NCBI GenBank assembly: GCA_011605865.1
Contig: JAAOZI010000015.1
Location: 12,929 to 76,928 of the forward strand
Length of the DNA stretch: 64,000 bases
DNA from: Archaeoglobales archaeon
Lineage (GTDB): Archaea > Halobacteriota > Archaeoglobi > Archaeoglobales > Archaeoglobaceae
Direction of reading: 5' to 3'
This document shows positions 1-8,660 of the stretch, in pieces. The translations under genes were made by a program, and so were the position numbers. The notes under the pieces were generated by a model, which was given only the letters and a program-made list of their open reading frames with translations, made no database searches and was not told the DNA's origin. How positions within the stretch are numbered: the first letter of the stretch is position 1; the number at the start of each line of letters is the position of its first letter.

Positions 1-725
1 AGCTTTTTATACTTGGCTTTCTTACAGCCCTCTTTTTTCAGGCTTCAACATTTGCCATGAACGATTATCTAGACTACGAGGTAGATCTTGCAAACAAGAG
101 ATTTGATAGACCTCTAGTTCGTGGAGATATAAGCAGAAAATCCGCTTTGGTTCTCTCTATCCTTCTATTCCCCTTCGGCTGTGTGACTGCTTTTTTCATA
201 TCTATCCAAGCTTTTATTTTTGCCTTTTTAATTTCAACACTCGGATACCTTTACAACTACAAACTCAAGGAACTGGGTTTTGTTGGAAATATATATATCG
301 CATTCACAATGTCGGCTCCTTTCATATTCGGCGGTATAATATCTAATTTAACCGTTTCCATCTTAATTTTATCCTTAATAGCATTCTTTTGTGGTCTTGG
401 TAGAGAAGTGATGAAGGGAATTGAAGATGTTGAAGGCGATGCAATTAGGAACGTCAGGAGTATCGCGAGACTTTTTGGTACTGATTTTGCAGCAAAAATA
501 GCTTCAACTTTTTTCCTAATCTCGATACTTCTAAGCTTCCTCCCACCTATGTTTATTCCCGAATTTTTTGATGTAAAATACCTTCTCCCCATTTTAGCAA
601 CGGATATAATTCTTCTTCAGGTTGTTTTTAGTCTTAGGAAGTCGAAGGAAATTTCAAAGTTCAGAAAAAAGACACTTCTTGCAATCTTCTTGGGTTTGAT
701 CGGCTTCCTCGGTGGAGCCTTTTGA
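1..725 (+). CDS. UbiA-family prenyltransferase (DGGGP-synthase-like), 5' end cut by window edge
   Basis: The reading frame is open from the window start, upstream of the listed Met. It has the Asp-rich motif NDYLDYEVD followed by RPLVRG, a second acidic motif GIEDVEGD, and many hydrophobic helices. Confidence 0.8.
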   Translation, partial: LFILGFLTALFFQASTFAMNDYLDYEVDLANKRFDRPLVRGDISRKSALVLSILLFPFGCVTAFFISIQAFIFAFLISTLGYLYNYKLKELGFVGNIYIAFTMSAPFIFGGIISNLTVSILILSLIAFFCGLGREVMKGIEDVEGDAIRNVRSIARLFGTDFAAKIASTFFLISILLSFLPPMFIPEFFDVKYLLPILATDIILLQVVFSLRKSKEISKFRKKTLLAIFLGLIGFLGGAF

Positions 726-726
726 G

Positions 727-737
727 TTAAATTTTTA
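727..737 (+). promoter_or_regulatory. TATA-box-like element upstream of leuS (near-leaderless spacing)
   Basis: The A/T block ttaaattttta is centred about 29 nt upstream of the leuS ATG at 761. No SD-like purine run lies in between. Confidence 0.35.
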
Positions 738-760
738 TCCCATTACAAAGCCATAGCGCT

Positions 761-3478
761 ATGTTTGTTGAAATCGAAAGAAAGTGGCAGGAAATGTGGG
801 AAAAGTACAGGATCTTTGAGGCAGATCCAAGCGACAAGGAGAAATTTTTCATAACAGTTCCGTATCCATATCTAAATGGAAATTTACACGCCGGACATAC
901 GAGGACTTTTACCATCGGTGACGCTTTTGCTAGGTACATGAGAATGAAAGGTTATAATGTTCTTTTCCCCCTAGGTTTTCACGTCACCGGGACTCCAATT
1001 ATAGGGCTTGCTGAACTTATTGCCAAGAGGGATCAAAGAACAATTGACGTATACACGAAATTTCATGATGTCCCGATAGGGGAGCTTTTGAAACTTACAA
1101 CTCCTGAAAAGATCGTTGAATACTTTGCCAAAGAAGCTTTGAGCGCCCTAAAAAGGATAGGCTATTCAATAGACTGGAGGAGAGTTTTCACAACAACAGA
1201 CGAAGCTTACCAGAAATTCATAGAGTGGCAGTTTTGGAGGCTTAAAGAGCTCGGATTAATCGAAAAAGGAAGTCATCCGGTTCGATACTGCCCAAACGAC
1301 CAGAATCCGGTGGAAGATCATGACCTGCTCCTCGGCGATGAAGCAAGTATAGTAGAGTTCGTTGCTATAAAGTTCAGGCTTAAAGATTCCGATCTGATCT
1401 TCCCCTGTGCAACTCTTAGAGCTGAGACTATCTTTGGTGTCACAAACATATGGCTAAAGCCTACAAAGTATGTGATTGCAATGGTAGACGGAGAAAAATG
1501 GGTAGTAAGCAAGGAAGCATATGAAAAGTTAGTTTTTATGGATAAAAAAGTCGAACTTTTGAGAGAAGTTGATGCAAGCGAGTTTTTTGGAAAAAAAGTT
1601 ATAGTTCCGATCGTTGAGAGGGAAGTTCCCATTCTTCCAGCAGAATTCGTAGATACGGACAACGCAACTGGCGTTGTTATGAGCGTTCCTGCGCATGCCC
1701 CATACGATTACGTTGCACTAAAAGAGCTTGGGGTAGAAATTGAACCAATAGTAATAATCGGGACTGATATCAAGGGCATCCCGGCAAAGGAAATAGTTGA
1801 AGAATTGGGAATAAAGGGACAAAACGATCCAGAACTCGAAAAGGCTACAAAGATTCTATACAAGAGGGAGTTCCATACTGGGATCATGCTTGAAAATACG
1901 GGGAAATTTGCGGGAATGAAAGTCTCTGAAGCAAAAGAAAGGATAGAAAAAGAATTAATCAGCCTGAAAATTGCAGATGTTTTTTACGAATTCAGTGAGA
2001 AACCTGTAGTTTGTAGATGCGGGACAAAATGCGTTGTTAAAGTTGTAAAGGATCAATGGTTTATAAGATATTCAAATGAGAATTGGAAGAGGAAAGTCCT
2101 TAGTCATCTAGAGAAAATGACTATAATACCCGAATATTATAAAGAAGAATTTAGAAATAAGATTGAGTGGTTAAAGGATAAAGCTTGTGCAAGAAGAAAA
2201 GGCTTGGGAACAAGGATACCTTGGGACAGAGAGTGGTTGATTGAAAGTCTTTCCGATTCGACAATTTACATGTGCTATTACATTCTGGCAAAATACGTAA
2301 ATCTAGGTATTCTAAAGCCTGAGAATATAACAATGGAACTTCTAGACTATCTATTCTTAAATCGCGGCAGCCTAGAACTGGCAAAGAATTCGGGATTAAG
2401 CAAAGATGTAATCAGAAAGATAAAAGAGGAGTTTGAATACTGGTATCCTGTCGATCTAAGGAGTAGCGGGAAAGATCTAGTAGCAAATCATCTTCTCTTC
2501 TATCTTTTCCACCATGTTGCCCTTTTCGAAGAAAAATACCTTCCGAGAGCCATAGCGGTGAACGGTTATGTTAGCTTGGAAGGTCAAAAGATGAGCAAGA
2601 GTAAAGGACCACTGCTAACTATGAAAAGAGCACTCGATACGTATGGCGCTGATGTGACAAGACTCTATATTCTTCATTCAGCAGAATACGATAGTGATGC
2701 TGATTGGAGGAGTAAGGAAGTTGAGAGCTTTGTCGAGAGCCTGAAGAGATTTTTCAATTTGGTTAGGGAGAACTACACAAAAGAAGTAAATGAGGTGACT
2801 TTATTAGACAGGTGGCTTATCAGCAAGTTTAACAGAGCTGTTAAGGATGTCAGAGACGCCATGGATAAGCTTCAGACTAGAAGAGCTGTAAACGTAGCGT
2901 TCTTCGAGGTGATGAACTATGTCAGATGGTACATTCGAAGGGGTGGAAAAAACTTGGCCATAATCCTCGATGACTGGATAAAACTCCTTGCTCCGTTTAT
3001 TCCACACATATGTGAGGAACTGTGGCATATGAAGCACTCAAGTTTTGTAAGTCTCGAAAAATATCCAGATTTTGATCCAAATAAGCTGGATCCCGTTGCA
3101 GAGAAAGCCGAGGAATATATTTCTAGATTACTGGAAGATATAAAAGAAGTCAAAAAATTCGTCGAGAATCCCAGAATTGTTTATATATACCCGGCAGAAG
3201 ACTGGAAATTCGAGGCCTTGAAAATAGCCAACGAAAAAGGATTAAAAGAGGCACTGAGATTCCTTTCAGAAAAGGGAATTGCAAAGGAAGACATATCCGC
3301 CTTCTCAAAGAAATTCAAAAATGCCGAGCTAATACCAAATGAGAGGGAGATAATAGAACAGAATTTGGAGTTCTTCGAGAGGGAACTACAGCTAAGGGTT
3401 TCACTCGATTCCGAAAAAATTCCAGTGGACAAAAAAAGATTTGCAATGCCTGGAAGACCCGCAATATTCGTATGTTAA
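761..3478 (+). CDS. leuS: Leucyl-tRNA synthetase (archaeal type)
   Basis: 905 aa. HIGH-type motif PYLNGNLHAGHTRT, KMSKS motif QKMSKSKG, and class Ia editing-domain-length architecture. Confidence 0.95.
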   Translation: MFVEIERKWQEMWEKYRIFEADPSDKEKFFITVPYPYLNGNLHAGHTRTFTIGDAFARYMRMKGYNVLFPLGFHVTGTPIIGLAELIAKRDQRTIDVYTKFHDVPIGELLKLTTPEKIVEYFAKEALSALKRIGYSIDWRRVFTTTDEAYQKFIEWQFWRLKELGLIEKGSHPVRYCPNDQNPVEDHDLLLGDEASIVEFVAIKFRLKDSDLIFPCATLRAETIFGVTNIWLKPTKYVIAMVDGEKWVVSKEAYEKLVFMDKKVELLREVDASEFFGKKVIVPIVEREVPILPAEFVDTDNATGVVMSVPAHAPYDYVALKELGVEIEPIVIIGTDIKGIPAKEIVEELGIKGQNDPELEKATKILYKREFHTGIMLENTGKFAGMKVSEAKERIEKELISLKIADVFYEFSEKPVVCRCGTKCVVKVVKDQWFIRYSNENWKRKVLSHLEKMTIIPEYYKEEFRNKIEWLKDKACARRKGLGTRIPWDREWLIESLSDSTIYMCYYILAKYVNLGILKPENITMELLDYLFLNRGSLELAKNSGLSKDVIRKIKEEFEYWYPVDLRSSGKDLVANHLLFYLFHHVALFEEKYLPRAIAVNGYVSLEGQKMSKSKGPLLTMKRALDTYGADVTRLYILHSAEYDSDADWRSKEVESFVESLKRFFNLVRENYTKEVNEVTLLDRWLISKFNRAVKDVRDAMDKLQTRRAVNVAFFEVMNYVRWYIRRGGKNLAIILDDWIKLLAPFIPHICEELWHMKHSSFVSLEKYPDFDPNKLDPVAEKAEEYISRLLEDIKEVKKFVENPRIVYIYPAEDWKFEALKIANEKGLKEALRFLSEKGIAKEDISAFSKKFKNAELIPNEREIIEQNLEFFERELQLRVSLDSEKIPVDKKRFAMPGRPAIFVC

Positions 3479-3487
3479 AGCTATCAT

Positions 3488-3735
3488 CTGACCTCCTCCC
3501 CGCCCTGAAGGGCGAGGCTTGGGTCAGCGAGATGTCAAAGCAAAGCTTCGGCTTCTGGGTTTGTAACTTCCAGTTTTTTATCCCTTCCTCCCAGATTTTT
3601 CATTCCTTTCAACTTCATGGGGAGCTTTTGGTGTGAACGATGCTCCTACACAATCTTATCATAATCCCGTAACACCGCTTAGATTTCCCATATCGGGCAC
3701 AGGAGTGAGCTATCACCTTTAAAGGCAGACTTCAA
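3488..3735 (-). mobile_element. IS200/IS605-family tnpB 3' relic with right-end hairpin (end type A)
   Basis: It starts with ctgacctcctccccgccctgaagggcgagg, near-identical to 55527-55556 (the end of the tnpB pseudogene there). This contains the hairpin CGCCC-tgaa-GGGCG. The minus strand shows only weak Zn-finger-like coding remnants (CP..G). Confidence 0.5.
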
Positions 3736-3744
3736 GAGCTATAC

Positions 3745-3993
3745 TGCGGATTTTATAAAAATGAGTTCCCAGAAAACCCAAGCTTTAGCTCTGGGATAAA
3801 TGGGCAAAGCTTGAATAGTGCACTCCCAAATTCTACCATAGATGGGGCATGTTGCCCAAGATGAGGCTGTAACATAGCTCATGCCTTAACGAGGGGCATG
3901 GGATGGGGAGCTTGGCTTTGAACCGGCAGATGAGGCTGGAGGCGTAAAGCCCCAGCTGAACGCCGGAAGCTCCCGACTTTAGCCGTGGAGCAG
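3745..3993 (+). mobile_element. IS200/IS605-family tnpB C-terminal relic plus omega-RNA-like right end (end type B)
   Basis: The right part (gggatggggagc ... gatgaggct ... ctcccgactttagccgtggag) parallels 63485-63567. A bulged hairpin lies at 3970-3990. A weak CGF...INGxxLN coding remnant precedes it. Confidence 0.5.
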
Positions 3994-4033
3994 CTCACTC
4001 AAGTTATAACTCTTTCCGGGATGCAATTCTTTA

Positions 4034-4106
4034 TGGGCTCGGGGGGATTCGAACCCCCGACCTCCGCCGTGTGAGGGCGACGTCATAACCGCTAGACCAC
4101 GAGCCC
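4034..4106 (-). tRNA. tRNA-Val (anticodon CAC)
   Basis: Manual cloverleaf: acceptor GGGCTCG/CGAGCCC, anticodon stem TCGCC/GGCGG, loop CTCACAC, T-arm GGGGG-TTCGAAT-CCCCC, discriminator A. No CCA is encoded. Confidence 0.93.
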
Positions 4107-4150
4107 TTAGGAAAATCTTTGTTGAGCTTTTTAATACTTTTCCTCCGCTG

Positions 4151-4738
4151 TCACAATATAGGCTGCTCCGGTTCATTTATAATGCTCATAAGTTTTTCAA
4201 CTGTGTTTATCCCCACTTTTAGAAGCCTGAGAAGCTGAATTTGAAAGATTTGGGCCGTTATGAAGGCGTCTGCAAGCGCATTGTGCCTAAAAGGGGTTTT
4301 TAAACCGTACTTTTTTGCAAGAGAGTCAAGGTCAGGTGATTCTAGATACTTTTCACCCAAAAACCTACTAAGAGCTCTGTCAACTTTAACAACATCGATT
4401 TTTTCCGCATTAAAATTCCTAGAAGCATTTTTCAAAAAGCTGTAATCGAGTTCAACGCAGAAACCGACTAATATGCTACCTTCCAGGATATTTCGAATTT
4501 TTGGATATATTTCGTCAAAACACGGGGCTTTTTCGAGTTTTTCCTGGCTAATTCCGTGGATTTTTAACGTTTTTATTTTCACTTTTTTAGGTTTCACTAA
4601 AGAATAGAAGGAATTGCTTGACAGAATTTTGAGCCCTTCAAGTGGAACTATCCCGATAGCAATTATCTCATCCTTTTGAGGATTCAGTCCTGTTGTTTCC
4701 AGATCCAAAGATGAAAATCTGGCTTCTCTGATGTTCAT
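4151..4738 (-). CDS. DEDDh 3'-5' exonuclease (DnaQ/epsilon-like)
   Basis: Exo I motif SLDLETTGL and Exo III motif HNALADAFITAQ. There is a 4-nt overlap with the upstream DUF294 gene. Confidence 0.85.
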   Translation of the reverse strand: MNIREARFSSLDLETTGLNPQKDEIIAIGIVPLEGLKILSSNSFYSLVKPKKVKIKTLKIHGISQEKLEKAPCFDEIYPKIRNILEGSILVGFCVELDYSFLKNASRNFNAEKIDVVKVDRALSRFLGEKYLESPDLDSLAKKYGLKTPFRHNALADAFITAQIFQIQLLRLLKVGINTVEKLMSIINEPEQPIL

Positions 4739-6507
4739 AAACCCCCTTCCACGAAAAACCTACCCTTAACCAACTTCTCGAAGTCTTGTACAATTTTAAG
4801 AGCGTCTTTCAATGCAAACTGGTTTATTCTGCTAAGGTTCTTAACATTCAGAACGTTTCCTTTCCCCGCCACCTGATTTTTCAATCTTAAATTTTGAAGG
4901 AATTCATAGCTGTCGAGAACGCTTTTCAAAACATTTTCGCTGAGCGATCCAATTTCAACGAGCTTCATTAACCTCTCCCTTGTATTGGTGATATTTACTA
5001 TCTTTTTCTCCAACGCAAGAACCCTCGTACAGTTAACTATCGGATATATCCCAAACTTTTTTAAATCAAACTCCTCCACTCCTCTTATTCCCCCGAGCTT
5101 TGGAGGTTCAAGCATAACAGCATCGCTTGCAAGATATCTCAGAACTTGTGCGTTCACCTTTTCATGAATGAAACCGATGAGTTCATCTAAAAAATCTTTT
5201 TTACCATAAATAGCTCTGAGATCGAGGAATACAGTCAAATATCTCACGTTTTCTGGGCTAAGACTCGTCATCCAATTCTCAAATTTCTTTTTCCACTCTT
5301 CAACGCTCATGCACCAGTTCATAGCCATGTAACCACCGCTGCACTTCGGAATTCCTACAAATTCTAGATTATTGTTCACGATTTTTGCGAATTCCCTTAT
5401 GTTCTCACCGTTCCCACTGTGAATTATCATGTTATCCTGATCCGTTGCTAAAATTTGTTCCTTTCTTGCAGAGCTCCCCATGTTGATCCAAACGTAATCT
5501 CCAAGTTCCCCAAATTCTTTTGTAAAACTTCTCTCTGTAATCTCTATTACTTTCTCTGTTAGCAAATCGTAAAAGCTTGAGATTAGTGAAGAGAGTTCAT
5601 AAAATCCAATCCCACGAATCGACAAATTCTTTATGGTCTCTACAATCCGTTCGTGTATTGACCTGATCTCTTCTAGATTCGTAGCTTTTCCGAGCTTCCT
5701 GTGAAGAATTGAAACTGAAGTAAAAGGTTCGAACTGGGACATTATATCTTTAACTGAGATTACACCGTAAAGCTTTCCGTATCTAGTTATCACGAGATGA
5801 TTGATTCTCCTAGAATTCAAAATCTGGTAAGCCTCAAAAAGGGGTCGATCGAATTCAATGCTCATCACTGGGCTGCTCATGTAAGCTGAAACTTTTTCTT
5901 CCTTGCTCGTTCCATGTATCACGAATTTTCTCAGATCCCGGTTTGTAAAAATACCGATTGGAGTCATGTCATTTTTTACAACCACTATTGAACCTACTCC
6001 GTTCATTTCCATTTTCAGTGCCGCATCTCTTACAGTTGTGTATGCATCACAAAAAACTGGTTTCTTAGTTATGCAATCTGCAACTTTCATCAAAAGTGCA
6101 TCGCTTAGCTCTCTCCCCTCAAGAAGGCAAATTAAACCCTTAAGGTCCCTCTTCATAATCTTATCAATGAAATCGCGGAACTTTGCATTTTCAGCGACGA
6201 TCCTGTTAATGAAATCTCTCTTGATCGTAAAACAGATCGTATCCGAGCTCGCTACTGCTTTTGAATTCTCGTAAATTCCTAAACCAAAAATATCTCCTTT
6301 TTCGAACTCTTCAATTAGTTCTCCGTTTTTGTAAAGTCCTACGTGTCCAGAAAAGACTATATAGAGTTTCTTTGGTGTTCCAGAGAAAATGATCTCACCC
6401 TCTTCAAAAGCTTCAACATCTAATTTGGAGACGAGAAAATCAATTTCTTCCTCGCTCAGGAGATCAAAGGGCTTTATCTTCCTTATAAACTCCTTCGGAG
6501 GCAACAT
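4735..6507 (-). CDS. cNMP-binding + CBS pair + DUF294-type putative nucleotidyltransferase signalling protein
   Basis: N-terminal cyclic-nucleotide-binding-like segment (GDIFG), tandem CBS-like repeats, and an NTase-like GSSARKEQILATDQDN motif with a C-terminal DUF294_C-like helical region. Confidence 0.75.
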   Translation of the reverse strand: MLPPKEFIRKIKPFDLLSEEEIDFLVSKLDVEAFEEGEIIFSGTPKKLYIVFSGHVGLYKNGELIEEFEKGDIFGLGIYENSKAVASSDTICFTIKRDFINRIVAENAKFRDFIDKIMKRDLKGLICLLEGRELSDALLMKVADCITKKPVFCDAYTTVRDAALKMEMNGVGSIVVVKNDMTPIGIFTNRDLRKFVIHGTSKEEKVSAYMSSPVMSIEFDRPLFEAYQILNSRRINHLVITRYGKLYGVISVKDIMSQFEPFTSVSILHRKLGKATNLEEIRSIHERIVETIKNLSIRGIGFYELSSLISSFYDLLTEKVIEITERSFTKEFGELGDYVWINMGSSARKEQILATDQDNMIIHSGNGENIREFAKIVNNNLEFVGIPKCSGGYMAMNWCMSVEEWKKKFENWMTSLSPENVRYLTVFLDLRAIYGKKDFLDELIGFIHEKVNAQVLRYLASDAVMLEPPKLGGIRGVEEFDLKKFGIYPIVNCTRVLALEKKIVNITNTRERLMKLVEIGSLSENVLKSVLDSYEFLQNLRLKNQVAGKGNVLNVKNLSRINQFALKDALKIVQDFEKLVKGRFFVEGGL

Positions 6508-6531
6508 TGATTATAATTGGATTAACGCAAG

Positions 6532-6541
6532 TTAAATTTTT
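6532..6541 (-). promoter_or_regulatory. TATA-box-like element for the DUF294/exonuclease operon
   Basis: aaaaatttaa on the minus strand is centred about 29 nt upstream of the ATG at 6507. Confidence 0.3.
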
Positions 6542-6570
6542 CTGTGTTTAACTAATGCTAAAAATCGAAA

Positions 6571-6580
6571 AATTTAAATA
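6571..6580 (+). promoter_or_regulatory. TATA-box-like element for the symporter operon
   Basis: aatttaaata lies about 35-40 nt upstream of the ATG at 6614. A GGTGGT SD-like run at 6602-6610 sits just before that ATG. Confidence 0.35.
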
Positions 6581-6613
6581 GTGATAAATTTACGAGCTCA
6601 TGGTGGTGGTAGC

Positions 6614-6847
6614 ATGCCATGGCCGCCAAAAGTGTTCTGGGTGGGTTTGTTGATAATTTACGGAACTGCTGTGCTAGGATGGTTGCTTGAAGCAACAGTG
6701 AAAATACAGAAGATACCTACTGCACAGATCTGGTACACATCAATCTGGGCAACATTTCTGGCTCCGCTAATTGTGTCTTGGATGTATTTCTATTTCATGG
6801 AGAGAGCAGAGGCAAAGAAAGCTGCAGAAAAGAAAGAGGTGAGCTGA
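6614..6847 (+). CDS. Small two-TM subunit of Na+:solute symporter (DUF4212-like)
   Basis: Two hydrophobic helices, immediately upstream (1-nt gap) of the SSS permease. I prefer the ATG at 6614 (SD-like GGTGG upstream) over the track start at 6581. Confidence 0.6.
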   Translation: MPWPPKVFWVGLLIIYGTAVLGWLLEATVKIQKIPTAQIWYTSIWATFLAPLIVSWMYFYFMERAEAKKAAEKKEVS

Positions 6848-6848
6848 A

Positions 6849-8462
6849 ATGGCCGAAAGCGTTGATCCGGTTGTTATTGCGATAGTTGCTATCTACCTTA
6901 TTGCAGTAGTTGTGATAGGGTATTACTCAAGGGTTAGACTGAAGAGCGCAGTAGACTACTATGTTGCCGGAAGAAGACTTGGCAGCGTTGTTAACGGGCT
7001 TGCATTGCAATCAACATACTTCAGCCCCGCTTCCATGCTAGGTCTGCCGGCTTACATATTCCTAATCGGTTATCCGTTCTGGTGGGGAATGATGGCAATA
7101 GTTGCTGGTATGCCTATTGCGACCCTTCTAACAGCAGCGGCTTTGAGAAAATATGCACCAGTGAGTTTTGCAGACTACTATGCTGACCGCTTTGGTGATG
7201 AAAGGTTAAGGTGGTGGATAGGAATTATAGTAATTGTCGGAAGCATACTCTACATAGCGCTGTCCCTCGTGGGCATGGCCTTGTTCATGGTCGCAATTCT
7301 CAAGATGCCCTACCTAATAGCTTTGATTATTACAACAGTTATTACAATGTTCTATGTCGTCTACGGTGGCATGATTGCCACAAGCTGGAATGCAGCAATG
7401 CAAGCTGTTGTAATGACCTTCGCAGCGATAATAGCCGCGATAGCGATTGTATGGCAACTCGGAGGCTTTGAGGGCGTTTATTATGCAGCCCTGAAATCTT
7501 ATCCAAAGATCTGGAATACTCCAGCGGATGCCCCGGACGTTCCCCACCTCCTCAGCTCAACTTGGATTGCCGTGATAGGCTGGTTCTTTGTATGGCACTA
7601 CGGTTTCGCAACAATGCCGTATACAGTGGTTAGATTTTTCACAACTATGGACATAAAGACCGCAAGAAGGAGCATTTTCTGGTGCACTTTGGCAGCAGGA
7701 GCTTTCTATGTCGCTTTACAACTCATAGGAATAACTTCCAAGTACATGATCGAGAAATATCACCCAATTGCCGTCGCTGCTGGCGGAAACATGACTGCAA
7801 CACAAGTTCTAGCAACGATACAGAAAACTTACGGAATTGGAACTGTAACAGATTATTCGATGATCGCAGCGGTTGAAGCTCTGGGAAATCCAGTTGTACT
7901 TGGCATTCTGTGCGCAGGTGGTCTTGCAGTTGCGATGTCAACCGCAGCTGGCTGGGCTGTTGTGGTTAACACGATAATAGCGAGAGACTGGATGGTGAAA
8001 CTTCTGAAGTCAAAGAAGGCAGAAGAAAGACCAATATTCTACGGAAGGCTCGTAGCGTTTATATTCTTGCTGATAGGTTTCATTGTTGCAATTCAGCCAC
8101 CAGCTCTAGTTCTGGACCTAAGCGGCTGGGCATTCATAGTCGTCATCTGCAGCCTCGGTCCTGGCTTAGTACTCGGACTATGGTGGAAGAGAGCGACGAG
8201 GGCTGCAATGTGGATAACAGCAATAGTGATGTTCATCGTCAGCATGGTTGCTTGGCTTAGAGCTCATCTTGTTCTCGGTCACCACGCAAGGTTCTTCCTG
8301 GATGACATATTATTCGGAAATCCCAACGCGCTGATAACACCGCACCAAGTCTGGACGATTCCAGTGGGATTCATTCTGTTCATCATAATATCGCTGCTAA
8401 CTAAGCCTCCTGAGGAAGAGAGAGTGCAGAAGTACTGCGTTGAGCTCACGAAAGAAGTTTGA
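6849..8462 (+). CDS. Sodium:solute symporter family permease (large subunit)
   Basis: 537 aa and polytopic, with an SSS-like N-terminus (DYYVAGRRLG) and about 13 hydrophobic segments. Confidence 0.85.
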   Translation: MAESVDPVVIAIVAIYLIAVVVIGYYSRVRLKSAVDYYVAGRRLGSVVNGLALQSTYFSPASMLGLPAYIFLIGYPFWWGMMAIVAGMPIATLLTAAALRKYAPVSFADYYADRFGDERLRWWIGIIVIVGSILYIALSLVGMALFMVAILKMPYLIALIITTVITMFYVVYGGMIATSWNAAMQAVVMTFAAIIAAIAIVWQLGGFEGVYYAALKSYPKIWNTPADAPDVPHLLSSTWIAVIGWFFVWHYGFATMPYTVVRFFTTMDIKTARRSIFWCTLAAGAFYVALQLIGITSKYMIEKYHPIAVAAGGNMTATQVLATIQKTYGIGTVTDYSMIAAVEALGNPVVLGILCAGGLAVAMSTAAGWAVVVNTIIARDWMVKLLKSKKAEERPIFYGRLVAFIFLLIGFIVAIQPPALVLDLSGWAFIVVICSLGPGLVLGLWWKRATRAAMWITAIVMFIVSMVAWLRAHLVLGHHARFFLDDILFGNPNALITPHQVWTIPVGFILFIIISLLTKPPEEERVQKYCVELTKEV

Positions 8463-8473
8463 TTATTTATAAA

Positions 8474-8490
8474 TTTTTTATAAAATTTTT
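8474..8490 (+). terminator. Oligo-T tract after the symporter gene
   Basis: T6 and T5 runs in aaattttttataaaattttt lie directly after the stop at 8462. This is the archaeal intrinsic-terminator style. Confidence 0.3.
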
Positions 8491-8507
8491 AAAAATGGTG
8501 GTTCTTT

Positions 8508-8660
8508 ATGGAGGCATTTAAAGCCCTTTGGAGAGAAGAGAAGGAGAATCCAGAAAAGTTATGGAATTACTATGCTGAAAAGGCTATGGAGGGTATACAC
8601 TGGTTTAGGAAATGGGACGTTGCCTTGATTATAAGCTTGAGTGAAGAGGTAATAACATGA
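8508..8660 (+). pseudogene. 50-codon ORF resembling the N-terminus of AMP-forming acetyl-CoA synthetase (acs relic)
   Basis: Own translation: MEAFKALWREEKENPEKLWNYYAEKAMEGIHWFRKWDVALIISLSEEVIT. The pattern ..PE.(F/L)W...A......W...WD.. matches the Acs N-terminal region. The stop overlaps the DUF169 start (ATGA). Confidence 0.45.

Noticed and set aside
3480-4000. Long structured non-coding stretch after leuS, considered as RNase P RNA or SRP RNA
   Set aside because: No RNase P CR-I/CR-V-type conserved strings or SRP Alu/S-domain motifs were seen. The segments instead match the ends of the tnpB relics at 55527 and 63485.
3979-4176. 65-aa ORF overlapping tRNA-Val, and the 60-aa ORF 32452-32634 overlapping tRNA-Tyr
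   Set aside because: Each reads straight through a well-folded tRNA gene (…GFESP… and …GFEPGT… are simply translated T-arms).
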